This document shows positions 1 to 13,477 of a stretch of 64,000 bases of DNA, piece after piece. Where the stretch lies: NCBI RefSeq assembly GCF_009834535.1, contig NC_045697.1, positions 62,002,001-62,066,000 of the forward strand. The letters are read 5' to 3'. Below the pieces are notes generated by a model. It did no database searches. It was given only the letters and a program-made list of their open reading frames with translations, and was not told the origin of the DNA. The DNA is from Camelus ferus (Eukaryota). Position 1 is the stretch's first letter. Each line of letters starts with the position of its first letter. The position numbers and the translations under genes were made by a program.

Positions 1-1465
1 TTTCAGCTGATTCCTGTTGTAAGCTGAATTAATTTACCCAGGTTTCAGAGCATTCTTGTTTTCGTTACACAAGAAACTATCCCATAATAATTAAAATAAT
101 TTTTATCAAGAAAACTAAGTAGCCTTTAGAAAAGGTAAAAACTAAGAACAAAGCAATAATTCAGAAAGCACTGGAGTGATATAAAATAAAATCTTTGAAA
201 TGTAGAAAGCAGTAGATTTAATCATGAGTGTCTCCCCATACAATTGGGCAGTTCTGAAGTCTCATAAAATAGTCCACCATAAAAGGCTTGCCTGATCCTA
301 AAGTAGAGGGAAGTGGCCTGGAATGATAAGATCAGAAATGACTGCTACCTTTGCTGCCTGACAGTCTGAACCTTGTATAATCAAATAATCACAAAATTTT
401 TCAGCTTCTGGAGACCACCACAGAGATGACAGTCCAAGCCCTCAATTTACAGATAAGGAAACTGAGGCCCAGAGAGTCTAAGAAGCTTGTCCAAAACCAC
501 AAAGAGCTAAAATCTCCCATTCATTCAACTCCCTTTCATTGGATTTAGCAAACACAGTGGTAAGGAATATTGACATACACTCTGTCCTCGTTCATTCATT
601 CAATAATTATTTGTTCAGTGTCTACTTTATGCCAAAAACAATGCTAAAAGTTTATATATACCAGAGAAAATGGATGTTACAACAAATAATTAATGTTAGT
701 ATCTACTTTGTCTCTTTTAAAATAAAAGACAGATAGTTTTCACTATAAAATATATACCACTGATAGAAATTTTGAAAATGACAGAAAAGTTGAAACAAGG
801 AAAAAGATCACCTACCACCCATTGAAAACCATTTTACCATCATTTGAAACCACTTTCAACATCTGGTATTTCTTGTCACACTTTTTTCTCAAGTGTAAGT
901 TTCCATTCTATCTTCCTTTTTCCCTTTCAAAAAGCTGTATCATCCTAGATGGACAATTATGTATCCTACCTTGTAGTATTTCCTCATGTTATTAAAGACT
1001 CTCTGTAATTATCATTCTTAACAGCTGCAAAATATTCCATGGAGTGGCTATAACCATCTATCCAATGTTATTTCCTCTTTGGGGAAAGTATGCATTTAAA
1101 TTACAACCATCGTTTCAAAAGTGTTTCTGTATTTTAGAATACTTCTTTGGGAAATCAATTTATGATAAATCACATCTCAATTTGTTCCAAGGGTTTTAAG
1201 GTTGTTTCCTGAAATTCCCAGAATTCCAATGCAAGTCCAAATGTGCAACCCTCCTGGAAACATATCACCTAATGGTTTTTTGACAGCAAATTTTTACTGC
1301 CACTAAGGATATGAGAATTGTATAGTTCCTTCGTCGCTTTGACACCACCAGTTTTCCCACTGCCTTCTCATGTTTAATATTCTCAACCACTGATTAGACT
1401 ATGGTAGTTTAATCCTGCCTGTGAAATTATCTGCCATTAGTGTAGCAGAAAGTGCTCCACCTTTT

Positions 1466-1622
1466 AGAGTTGCTCAGTGAAATACAGGACACCCAGTTAA
1501 ATCTGAACTTTAAATAAACAATGAATAATTGGGACATACACTAAAAAATTATTCATTTTTTTATTTGAAGTTCAAATTTAACTGGGCATTCTGTATTTTT
1601 ATTTCCTAAATCTGGCAACCCT
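1466..1622. mobile_element. MER53-like palindromic hAT MITE, internally deleted
   Basis: Ends AGAGTTGCTCAG...CTGGCAACCCT. Internal inverted arms AATACAGGACACCCAGTTAAATCTGAAC / GTTCAAATTTAACTGGGCATTCTGTATT match recalled MER53 consensus. Confidence 0.8.
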
Positions 1623-4379
1623 ATAAACTCTGCCTCTTGCTAATTGCTAGACTTGGGAAATTTTTTACACCACTCAACCTCTTCTAGAAAATGCAGAGAA
1701 TCATCTCCACTTTGCAGGATGAATGAAACTCACAGAGGAACACAAAAAAGCACCTAGCACACGACATTTGCCTTCTTCCATCTGAGTTTCATATTATTCT
1801 CTTTTCCCTTACCTACCCTGCCACCCAGCTCTGAGGCCTACCTGATTTTATCCCCACTTCCCTATCGTAGGTCTTGGACTCCAAACCCAGCCACCTACCA
1901 CCTACCTACCACTACCACCTACCTTTCCGTGCAATCCTGAGTGCGAAGCTTGGTTCTAGGAAGTGCCTCATGTCAGAGCTTGGTGGCAGAGCAGCTGGGA
2001 AATCACAATTCAGTGTGATAGTGAGTGCTAAGTAGACATATTACAGGGGTACATATATTAAAGGGGCCTAACCCAGGCTGTGCAAACAGGGAAGGCCTTC
2101 TGAAGGGAGTAATATCTCAACTAAGAACTGAAGGATGAGGAGGAGTTGGCAAGGAACGGGAGAAGGCCAGGGATGTATAGTCTTCAAGGCAAAGAGAACA
2201 GCATATGCAAAGATTTAGACTCTCTATTCCTGCAAATCTAAAATCAGTAGAAATGAAGATCTGCTTCTAGGCCAGCAATCCCAGGAAGTAATTTCGAGCA
2301 TCTAACAAGCATGATAGGATGACATCATCCTGGATCAATGTGGCCAAATATGGAACATGTGTCGGGGATGAAAACAGTTCTACTAGGACCTCATGGACTG
2401 AGATGGGGAGGGATGAGCCCCAACAAAATCTGGGGGCTGTTACCAAAGCAGGGTCTATACATGCTGGACAGGTAATAGTAAGTGTCAGCTACACCCTGTT
2501 CACCTTCAGTTTTAAAAACCCAAAATAGAGCTGAAGAGAAAGGTTCAGTAAGAACACTGTGACAGAAGAGAACCCAAATATGCAGCCAACCCATATCATG
2601 CATGGCAAGAGAGGGGTGACAGTCAAATCTTTAACAAACAGTATGGCACAGGGATTGACAACTCAGAATGGATGCCAGCTGTTATGTCTATCAGTGGGAA
2701 CTGGCGCATATCAGTCCTGCCTGGGGAGGCTGTGCAATTTGTCAGGCTGGGGTTGATGAATTCGATACTTAGGAGTCTTCAAATAAGACAAAAAAGAATA
2801 CTTTAAAAGCTTAAAGAAGGAAAGGAGAAAGAAAAAGAGGGAAGGACACAGATCATCTTACATAACTAATTCTTTTTAAAACAATTTAAAATAATTCAAA
2901 TTCAAGATTAGCATTTTTCACATTCATTTATCCCCACCATCCATTGGTAAACAGTTCAATTATTGTACCTTTTCCTTCATAAAAGGCCAGACACAGCTAA
3001 TTAAATAAGAAATTTACCATTAGAGTTGACAAGGGATAACAGCACCTTACACAGTCCCAGTTTCCCAAGCAAATATTCACAGGGAGCATAGAGCATATTT
3101 TCTATATTTTTCACATGCAAATGATTCCCTAAGGTGATTACTCCATATACTACCCCTGCCGAATATGTACACATGAAATTATGTCAAAATTGAATTTTGT
3201 TAAATCTAGCCATGTTTCAAAAGTAGTCCAAACACAGACCCTTTCTGGTAAAAAGCAAAATTTAATTTCATAAAGCAAATTGGAATCCTATGTTTTGACC
3301 CTAATTTACAAAGGGTTATTATAAGGATCAGAAAGCAATGACTGTTTATTGACCTACATGCCTAGCATTGTGTTGATGAAGAGAGAGAGAGGACACCAAA
3401 AGAAATGGAAAAACACATTTCCTGCTGTTAAGCAGCTCACAATTTTAGTACGTACTCAAGTCCTTTACACAATTGGAACATTTAAAGAAGAAAATAGAAA
3501 CATATAAGAGCAATATAGGTGCTGAGTGGTGTAATACATCCCATAAGGGCCAAAGAGACCAGGAGGAAAAAGATTCCTGTTCATGAAATGCTTCAGCAAC
3601 CTCAGACAGAAGCATATGATGAACACATAGCCAGTATCCACTCACAGAGGCAGTGGAATCCAAATTACCCCCCTGGGATTGTGGGCTCTAATCTCAGGCC
3701 TATAGCCATCTCACTCTCCCACCTTTGGCAAATTACCTCGCCTGTCACTGCTTTCCCTGCAAAATGGTAATAGCAATCAAGCCCTATTCTTTAGGGCTGG
3801 TAAAGAATGAATAATAAAGAAATGGTAGACTCAGTAAAAGATGAGTGCCTAATAAATCCTGACTAGTTAGCGTCCAGCCCCAAATGGTACACTACACGGA
3901 GCATATGGTATCTTGGTTTGTAGATGTTTATGTATCACCAGTTTGGCTGCATTTGTCAGAGAGGTAAAAGGGTCCGCTTACACAGCTTGTTATTAATTAC
4001 TGTGAAGGATATTTGCGACACTGAAATGCAGATAACTTCTAGATTAAGTGCAGACATCTGCCCCCGTTGTAACATGAGAGCATAACTGTCATCAGCAAAA
4101 CCATGTTTTTCTTACATTGAAATGGAAGAGTGAAGTACCACAATTAAATATTTTGACCAACACAGTGATTAAAATGACACTTATGCTGCAGGCGTGGTTT
4201 CTAAATCAATTTTGTGTGCTTTCACCTTATTATGCAAGTCATATGGGGGAAGGGAAGTTATTTTTAATACACAAATTTACTTCTTTTAAAAAAAAATCTT
4301 TAAAAAGAAAATGTTTTGGGGGAAGCTATGTTCATAATAGCTTTGATGTTAATTTTAGTCTTTCCTTTATCTTCACTTT

Positions 4380-5640
4380 TGTTAATGTTAAATATACACA
4401 ACGGAATATTTATAACATTCAAGGAATGAAGGATAACAAGAAAACAGAACATCAGCTTCATGTTTCCTGTGTACCCCTCCTTAATCTCAACCCCTGAACC
4501 ACTATTTTACATTATGTATTAATCAATCTCACCTTTATAGCTTCATATATATATGTGTGTCCCTAAGAAATATTATACAATTTTCCATGTTTTTGAATCT
4601 TATACAAAGGATTACACTACATGTATTCCTCTGCAACTTGTTGGGTTTTTTTCTTTTTCATTTGACATTAAGTTTATGAGATGCATCCTTGTTGATGCAA
4701 ATAGCAGTGGTTCGTTCATTCATTCTCATTGCTATATAGTATTCTAAATTGTAAGTATTTGGTATTATGCACTTTGCTGGTATGAAAATTCTTTTCTGTG
4801 TCTCTCAGAGAACATGTGTAAGAGTTTCTCCCAAAAAGAGCTTTCCAGACGAGACTCCACTCATCAGTGGGTCAGTTCAGTAAGTCTCAACCAGCAGTTT
4901 AAACTAGAATAAAAAATATCAGAGTGCAATGCAAGTCATCTGGCAAGAACTGCCTTAGGAAATTTTGTTTCACTGTTTGTGTGTGTACTATGTTATGGTG
5001 TAAAATGTATTTCTTACTCTAAGACTTTCTTAGCATAAGTCTCTGTCAAAAATGTCTAAGAAACAGTTTCCTAAGGCAAAGTTTCTCAACCTGTAATGTG
5101 AACACGAATCACCTGTGGATTCTGATTCCATGATCTGGGTGGGGTGGGGCCTGAGACACAATTTTTAACAAACATCCAGGTAACCAACTCCAAATGCTGC
5201 TAGTTAAGGAACCACCCTTTGAGCAACAAGCCACAAGGCAAAGGGATGTATGCTTGTCTGTAGGATGTACATATCTTCATCTTTACAAGATAAAGCCAAG
5301 TTGTTTCCCAAAGTTGCCTGACCAATTTTCAAGTTTCCACTGATCCATATTTTCACTAAAAATTGCTATTAATAGCCTTCAACTTGTCAATCTAACAAAT
5401 ACAAAAGTGTATCTCTTTGTAGTTCTAATCTGCATTTTCCTAATTATTTGTAGGATGGAGCATATTTTTATAAAATTGTTGGCTATTTATAATTTCTCTT
5501 AAATAAAATGCTTAATCGAGTCATTATCTATTTTATACTGAGTTATCTTTTTCTTATTGATTTGTAAGAATATTGTATATATTCTGTGGCAATTATATGT
5601 ATTGAAAATATATTTTTTCTAGAGAAAAAAATATTCTCTG
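4380..5640 (-). mobile_element. Ancient L1M(E) 3' fragment interrupted by hAT relics
   Basis: Reverse-strand L1M 3'-type text, e.g. TTTATGAGATGCATCCTTGTTGATGCAAATAGCAGTGGTTCGTTCATT and CTTTGTAGTTCTAATCTGCATTTTCCTAAT. Heavily diverged, boundaries approximate. Confidence 0.6.
5077..5228. mobile_element. MER5-like hAT-Charlie element
   Basis: TTTCTCAACCTG...GAATCACCTG...GATTCTGATTC...GGTGGGGCCTGAG...ACCACCCTTTGAG resembles MER5A. Confidence 0.75.
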
Positions 5641-5963
5641 CCATATTCTTAAAACCAAAAAGGCCACTGAGTTCCAATCTTTTCCTTCTGTCCATAGTCT
5701 TACTTGTGCACCAAAATGCCGTAAGATAGGATCTCACTAAGAATGGCAGCCGGCCTTTCAGAAGAAGGAACAAGGTCTTCTCAAGGTCATTCACTTCTAT
5801 AATCCTGGCCAATGAGGAAAACTGAGAAAGTCTTAAAAATGAGCCCCCCAACGAGAAGACTGAGCATTTTGGAGACAAAAACACCATAAATTTAGGGATC
5901 AACAGAGACATACCAGATAATGCCTTCTGAAACTACTGAGCTAAGTTTTGGACAAGGCCACCA

Positions 5964-6139
5964 CCAGGGCCTACTTTGTAGCTATATGATATATGCAGTT
6001 ACAGGGTGCCACACTCAGAAGGCCCACAAACTTGGTTTAATTCTCTATTGTCACTATTTTGAAATCCTTCATGATTTTTTAATAAGGAGCTCCCATTTTC
6101 ATATTACCCTGAATCCCATGGACTATGTATTCAGCACTG
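5964..6139. mobile_element. MER91-like hAT-Tip100 element
   Basis: CAGGGC...CTCAGAAGGCCC...CTTGGTTTAAT...TTGAAATCCTT...CATTTTCAT...CACTG follows recalled MER91A consensus. Confidence 0.7.
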
Positions 6140-6789
6140 TTTTTGGTGGTGCTGGGGTGGGAGCTGAACATCCAGTATAATAGAAAATGAAAGCAGGAAA
6201 GCCCCAAGAGAGCTTTAAGAGAGTAGTATACTTCTACACCACCAGATTGGACATAAATATATATTTTTAAATACTTTATGATATCTGTGAGGAGTAATTC
6301 ATTATCAAGCCATTAAAAATGGCTCCAATTCTTACCAAGAATAAATATATTCCACAGCTACTTCTGCTTTATTATTGATAGAAACTATTTACTGATAACT
6401 ATGAATATAGATTTCAGAAATGTTAAATGTTGTATTGATTCAAGACTTCCTCATATCCAGGAATATTCTTTTCACTCTAAATAACTGATTAGATGTGGCA
6501 CAAATAGAGGTAAAAATGCATGGTGATATAGACTCCAGAAATAACTACCTGGATTCATATCCCTTCTCTGTGATTTACTAGTTACAGGATCATGGGTGCA
6601 CACCTGACCATCTGACTTTGCCCCAATACTCCCCACTTTCTCACCCCTCAGGATGAGGTACCTGTACCCCCTGATTGACTCACCTCTTGCTGATTCTGCT
6701 GCTCAATCTCTCCTCCTCCCTCTTACTCAGCTTTCTGTATCTTTGATAAAGTGTAATAGTACTTCATATGGAGAGACTGTATACACTAG

Positions 6790-6945
6790 GGGTTAACTGT
6801 ACACCCTCTGGAGCCAGACTGCAGAGGCTGAGTCTTGGTGCCATTGATTACTAGCCATTTATACAATCCGTGCATCAGTTTCCTCATCTATAAAATGGGG
6901 ATAATAACAGTACCTCTTTCACATGGTGGTTGTAAAGACAAATGA
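6790..6945 (+). mobile_element. MIR SINE
   Basis: Core TCAGTTTCCTCATCTATAAAATGGGGATAATAACAGTACCT. Confidence 0.8.
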
Positions 6946-7549
6946 CTGCTATGGTTAAGTGATACTCAGCCATTCTGCTATCATTTTATACTCTCTGTGT
7001 AAAAAGAAATAAAGCAAGACACTTTAAAATTTGGCCCTCCTGGACTACTTCTTTTTTTTCCTCCTGGACTACTTTAAAAGCCTCTTAACTGATCTTTCAG
7101 CCAACGCTCTTGGTCCACTCCAATTCATCCTTCATGCAACCAGAAGCATAATGTAGGTAAAATGTAAATTTGATTATTTAAATCCCCTAATTGAAACTTT
7201 TCAACAGCTCCCATCACTCAGGGTAAGTTCTGAGCTCCTTAGCACTGCATAAAATGCCTTCCATGACCTTGCCTCATCTACCTCTGCAGCTAGCTCTTCC
7301 TGATTCTGAGCCTGGACCTTGACCCACAGCATCAAATTACTTACAGATCCTGGAATACACCAAGATATCTGTCACTGCTATACCCTTATCCATCCTATTT
7401 CCCCTGTTGGAGTTCTTCCTGCCCTAAAACTGGATTAACTCCAACCCGGCCATTATACATAAATTCAAGGATCTCCTGCTGCAGAATCCTACAACCAGCC
7501 AAGTCTTCCTTGTAGCCCCCTAACATTCGGTGCATCTCTTCATCACTGT

Positions 7550-7800
7550 AGTATAAAGTAATGATTAAGTGTTCAAACTTTGAAATAGACTACCTAGGTT
7601 TGAATTCTGGCTCAATCACTTATCTGTAGTGTGACTCTGAGCAAGTTTCTTAAAATACTGTGCCTCAGTTTCCTTATCTATGAAATGAGGATAACAAAAG
7701 TACCTACCTTATGGGATTGTATTAAGGAGTACATTAATTAAGGGCCATTATATTAAGGTCTTAATGTAATGCATGGACTAAAGTATATATTCAATAACTG
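7550..7800 (+). mobile_element. MIR SINE
   Basis: CCTAGGTTTGAATTCTGGCTC...TGTGCCTCAGTTTCCTTATCTATGAAATGAGGATAAC...GTACCTACC. Confidence 0.8.
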
Positions 7801-7924
7801 TTAATGCCATATTTTATTTTCTATTTATGTATGTCTGGTCCCCTGGACTATGAGCTCCTGACACTGAGCATTGCTTCTCATTCATTTTTTTAAATACCCA
7901 CATCTTAGCAAAATGTCTGGTATT

Positions 7925-8337
7925 GTGTTCATCAATTATCCTCTCCTTCTTAGATACACAATTAAAATACATTTCCCATACCTATCTTGCATCTACCCAC
8001 CGCCAGCCTAGAACATGTAATCATATGACTGTGTTATATCCAACTGAACATGAGTGCATATAATATACAGCACCACCAAACCTAGTCATAATACATCCCA
8101 AGCAAACTTTCAAAGGTTCTTTCTCTATTCATGTGGCTGGAGGCAAAGAACTCTTATATCCCTGAATATGGCAGTACCACAAGATGGAACAGATCAAATC
8201 TCTGGATTACCCTTACAAGGCAAGCAGATTAAGCAGGAATATTCACATTGGACTTAAGGCAAGCAAGAAATAAACCACTGTGCTAAGATATGGAGATTTT
8301 TGTTACAGGAGTTAGCATTACTCATCCTGTCTAATAT
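7925..8337 (+). mobile_element. MLT1-type (MaLR) solo LTR inserted into an L2 3' end
   Basis: 3' part AAGCAAGAAATAAACCACTGTGCTAAG...TTTTTGTTACAG is typical of MLT1. L2 terminal sequence on both sides, ending TTGTTGAAATGAATGATTGAATGA. Confidence 0.55.
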
Positions 8338-9359
8338 GGTAGGTATTCAATTAAATTTTGTTGAAATGAATGATTGAATGACTCAACAATTAACTAAGCA
8401 ATATTTAAATAAATATGATGGGACCAAAGAGTAAGAAAGGCTAAACTAAGAATAGAACAAGATGGCTTTGAGAGTTAAAGAAGTCTGGAAACAAGACAGA
8501 GGATAGGGAAACACAAACTGTGTGAAGCATCCCTACACTTCTGCCCTGCCCAACTCAGTTACAGAATTCATTCTGCCTGCTATTCTCTGGCCTCCTTTTG
8601 TCCAACAGTTGTTAAAAAAAAAAAAAAACATAAACAGAGAAGAGTCTGAGATGAAGTTTTTGCTTCTGTTGGACAACTTTCTGACCCCTGGGATGAGACA
8701 ATATAGCACCAAGGATTTCGGGGGGAAATGACTGACGTTCTTTAATGAGTATATATAGGCAGCTTCTCAAGGGAGAAGAAAATGTAGACCTAGACTTTAA
8801 TATCTTTTATTTTCAGATGCTACTGAAGATTAGATAACTGTTAATAGACCATGACTACCTACTGTTCTTAAGTGATCATGAGGCATCAGAAATCTAGAAG
8901 GGAAAAAAAAAATAAAAACTCCAAAAGGGAGAAAAGAAAGGACTCTCCACAAGGTTTGAGAGAACTAATAAGGAATTTTGTGTTTGTCTAAGACATTAGG
9001 GAGAAGGAGAGAAAAGGTGGAGAGAAGGATGATATGGAAGGGGTCTTTTAGGGCCATTCAACCAATCCTAGCATCAGAACATCAACTCAGACTTGCTCTT
9101 TTCATGCTTTCCTAACCTTTGTGTTGGTATCCCCTATTTTCTGCATTTGTTCAAGCTGTGTACAACTGTGGAGATTTTCCTGAATGAGTTCCAACTATGG
9201 AGGATTCTCTACATGCTGATCAAACCTATGAGAGCAATGTTGGAATTAGACTGGTAAGAAGGGTTAGGGAAGAAAAGAAAAAGGAAGACAATGGAAAAAG
9301 TTTTTACCTCTTCACCATTTTGTCCTGAGCTATTTCAATGAGAATCAGTTTTAGTGACA

Positions 9360-10110
9360 ATTCAATTCAGCTCAGTAAACACCAGGATTCTGTCACATAA
9401 CAAGCAGTGTGCTAAATGTTGAGAATACAGAGGTGAATATGGCAGGTTCCTGGACTTCATAATGCAGCAAAAAAAAAAAAAAAAAAGCAATGTCCAGTTA
9501 ATTAAAAGGAAATTTAATATGGATGTCATACAAATACAAATGGCAGTTTTCTGGAATAGAAGAAGGGTCAGGGACATAAGAGACACTTAGAAAGGAGAGG
9601 ACATTTGAACTGAGACTTTAAGAATATCCTGATGGATACCAAAGACCAAGGAGGAATGTCTACCCCAGACAGAGAGAACAGCAGAAACAAAGTTAGAAAG
9701 AAAAGAAATGACTGGCTCAATTCAGGGAGTATCAGTATTCTGGTATATCTAGAATTTGGGGTGCATTAGGAGAAGTGAATATAGAAAAGGTTAAAAAGTT
9801 AGGCTGAGCTAGTTTGTAGAGTAGAGAGCCTTGAATTAATGTCAAAAACTTATATTTTAGTCTGAAAGTAATGAAGATCCATCACAGGTTTTCAGGTAGC
9901 AAGATCACTGAAGCGTCAACTAGACAAGAATGGACTGAAAAGGAGCCAGATGAGAGAGAGGGAGCTGGGTTGATGGACTATTACCTAAATAAGGGAAGTG
10001 GTAATAAAAATGAGGAGGAGGAGGAGGAAAGAAATAAAAAAATATTTCATCAATAGAATTTGATGTTTTTGGTATCATATGGGAGGGGTAATTCCTAAGC
10101 TTGGACAACT
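9360..10110 (-). mobile_element. L2 LINE fragment
   Basis: Diverged L2-type text: ACATTTGAACTGAGAC..., CAGAGAGAACAGCAGAAACAAAG, AAGATCACTGAAGC, TTCCTAAGCTTGGACAACTGGGTAGAT. Confidence 0.6.
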
Positions 10111-11830
10111 GGGTAGATTTTAATATGGTACTGTTTTCTTTACCACTTTCCTACCATACTATCATATCATACTTTGGTCACCAGTTATAAGATCCACACA
10201 TCAGTTTTCTCATCTCTCTTTGATGGGAAGATAATCACAGCTGTGTTCTGCTCTTTAAGAAAAGTGAAAGGATACTACATTTATACAAACTCTAGCTGCA
10301 ACTATTTTCTCATGAGCTTTGTAAACCAAGGGGTTAAAAAAAAACAAAGAAATTCAACAACAAAATCTTGGTTTTTAAAGCTCTGGGATTCACCTGAGTC
10401 AACTGTTGCCATGGCTTCAAGAGTCTAAAATCAACACTTCAAGGTAATCCAAAGATCTAGATATTGCCGCAATATTCAGCTATCAAGGAACAATCAAAGT
10501 TCCATTACCCCATTAGTGACCAAACTCCGTTAAGGCTGTGCAAATGCCATTGGTATTCTGCTTAATTACTGATGCTTTATTACTACTTATAGCATGACAC
10601 CATGCAAAAGTCGGACTTTTTAAAAGGCTGGAAAGTGGCATTACTTTAATAAGTCATTAGGAAATTGCTTTTTGAGGATGCACTGGAAACACAAGTTTCT
10701 CAATTAAGGGAATTTTGCAAAATTGATGCAATATTTGAGCATGGATGATCTGCAGCTCCCAATCCTTCTGAAGTGGACCAAGTCACTGAAAGGGCTAGCT
10801 AAAGAGAAGGAAGATGCTCTGATTCATTGTATGAGAAAAATGGTAACGGAGGCTATAGAGGGTGTTGAAAGACTGCTTGTCTCCCAGCTACACCCACCGA
10901 ACTCTTGTTGGCTCTTCACCCTGTGTTTAGAGCTGAAATAAAGACATCAAGATGAACCCTATCCTTTGAGAGAATTAGCCAACCTTGTCAAGCAATATCT
11001 GTGGGCAAGAAAAATAAATGATTATTAGTTAGGCAACCCAAAAATATGGGTGTTGTGACTGGGGCTTATTTGTAAGTTGGGGAAGAACTGTTTAAGATAG
11101 GAAGTAAGATGAGAGAAGGTGACAAGTTTGAGAATAAAAGAACTTGCAGTTCTTCCAATGGCCAAATAAAATACTTTTGTTCTGAAACACTCAGCCACAG
11201 AAATTCATACCTAAAACTTTAAAGAGCAGCATGTGGACTCTACACATACATGTGTAACTCTGTGTATGTCTGTGTTTGTCTGTATGTGTACAGAAGGAGA
11301 GAAAGAGAAGTGAGAAAATAGTTTCTTCCTTATTTTCAGTTCAACAAAGAATATTCATGTTACATCTCAGATTACCAGTTACACAATTTGGAAAGGCTCA
11401 GGAATGCTTTCTTTAACCATATTTGAAACTTCCTCAGAGAAACTGCCTTTTTTGCAGGACTCCAGTTATTGATCATTATCAGAAATGGGTTTCTATATTT
11501 AATAAGCCAATGCATTCCTCTAGTATTAAATTTTTCACCTGGAAATTGGTAACCCTGCTTGAGTTCCTCAAGGTTCAATTGAGCCCATTGTTTGCAATGA
11601 TTATCACTCGCAGCAGATTTGGAAATGCTTGCACAACTCTAAAGTCCAAATACTTCTTCAAAACCTTTTTTTAACATCTTTACTTTTGGCTTTGTAAAAG
11701 AACTTGGGTTTGACAAATATGCTCCAAAGTTCCCTAATTTGTCATCTGTGGGCAATATTATTTGAAGTCAAGCAGGAACAATAGCGATTAACAAACTGTG
11801 ATGTGATGAACAACTCTTACAGTGGAGGCA

Positions 11831-11831
<1 letters not shown>

Positions 11832-11875
<44 letters not shown>

Positions 11876-11911
11876 TATATATGTATATATGTAAATGTGT
11901 ATATATGTAAA

Positions 11912-11971
<60 letters not shown>
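11832..11971. repeat. Compound (TA)n/(CA)n/(TG)n microsatellite
   Basis: Two pure TA runs (~11834-11867 and ~11924-11971) around a CA/TG-containing spacer. Confidence 0.97.
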
Positions 11972-11972
<1 letters not shown>

Positions 11973-13122
11973 CATAATTATGTAGACTATTTAGAAGGAA
12001 AATATCTGGTGTCATTAACAGAAAAGCATAAATAACTCAGGGCCTGTAGACTAAACTTTTATTCCCTTAAACTTCAGGACAAATTTTACATTATCTACTT
12101 GAGTTACCAAAGACCCAGAGCTCAACTCTGTTCTACAGGGAATTAAACTCTGAAAAAAGATTCTTAAAAGTAAAAAGACATTAATGCTGCTTAGTCATTT
12201 TGTTAGATGTTTGACATAATTTGTAGTCTGAAGGCACTGCATCTTTGGTCTTTGAGCAAAATTCATGGAATGACTCGGTTGTTCTCAGCATGAAGGAGAA
12301 CAGACACATTTTTGAAAAGAAGCATTTGACTTGTTAAAGGTTTGACATATCACAAACATTTTGATTTTGTGATCAGACTGGATGGTGATTTACTTATCCT
12401 CTGACTTTACTGTCAGGTAATTTATAAGTTTACTTCTCAGCCAAGAACTGTGGAAAATCTTAGGAGGAATTGTTAGGGAAAACAGGAGAGAAACACAAAG
12501 ATATAATAAAGCTATAGCGGTGGCTAAAATGACAAAAAAAGCAAATGGAAATCATTTGATTTGTACTGCACTTGTGAGAGAAGAAATTATGGCCTCTTTT
12601 TGCATCTGAATCTCACAGGTCTATTTTGAGTTGAGATCTGTGTGAGGTACTTCATTCACTCTTCTAAAACAGCCTTTACTGTTTTAGAAGAGAACTGTGA
12701 ATATTATAGAAATTCTTTCTGAAGCCAAAAAAAAAATGGTTCATATTCCTTACCTTAGCTTTTGACTAGTTCAATGAATTCTTCTAGAATCTATAGATAG
12801 AACGTGGTAGTGGTATGATTAAGTTTGCCAATTCATTGGTTGCCATAATTAAAACCTTGATTATGCAGCACTTATGTCCAAGGAATAGGATCCCTTCTTC
12901 AATCCATTCCATTCATCTTCCCAAGGATTGGGGCAATGTGTTACTGCTCTTGCTCACTGGAAGATTCTAAGATTTGAGGCACTAAGAAGCAAAGTGCTTG
13001 GCTGAGGGACTCAGTTAAGACAATGGCAGAGGGACTGGTATTGATGGCTCCTGGCCATGCCTACTGAAGTCTCACCAGAAGCCATCAGCTCCATTTAAGG
13101 TGAGGAATTACTAGCTTACACC

Positions 13123-13477
13123 TGTTAAAGTATTTAAAAAAGGAGACCATCAGATTGAGGTTTCGCTAATGTCTTGGTAGCCTATATAAGCAAACCAAAA
13201 TCTAAGAGTCAGTGCACCTGAACCCAAGAAAGTGAAACTTAAGAACAGCCAACCACAGTTAATTAGACTTTCCCAAATAAGGCAACCACTTAAAATATAA
13301 CCAAATAAATCATTTATTTTCTTTGCTGCAGCATCTTCTTTTTAAAAAGCCTCTCCCCTAGTTCCTGCAGGTGAAGTACACCTAACCACTTTAAACTTGG
13401 CACTGCCTAATTCAAATCAGTGTATACTCAATATAAACTCTTGAAAATGTTAACATGCCCCAGTTCATCTTCTAACA
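13123..13477 (+). mobile_element. ERV1-class solo LTR, MER34/MER39-like
   Basis: TGTTAAAG...CTAACA termini, near-TSD CACC/TACC, internal TTTCCCAAATAAGGCAA, AACCAA and CTCAATATAAACTC motifs. Confidence 0.65.
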
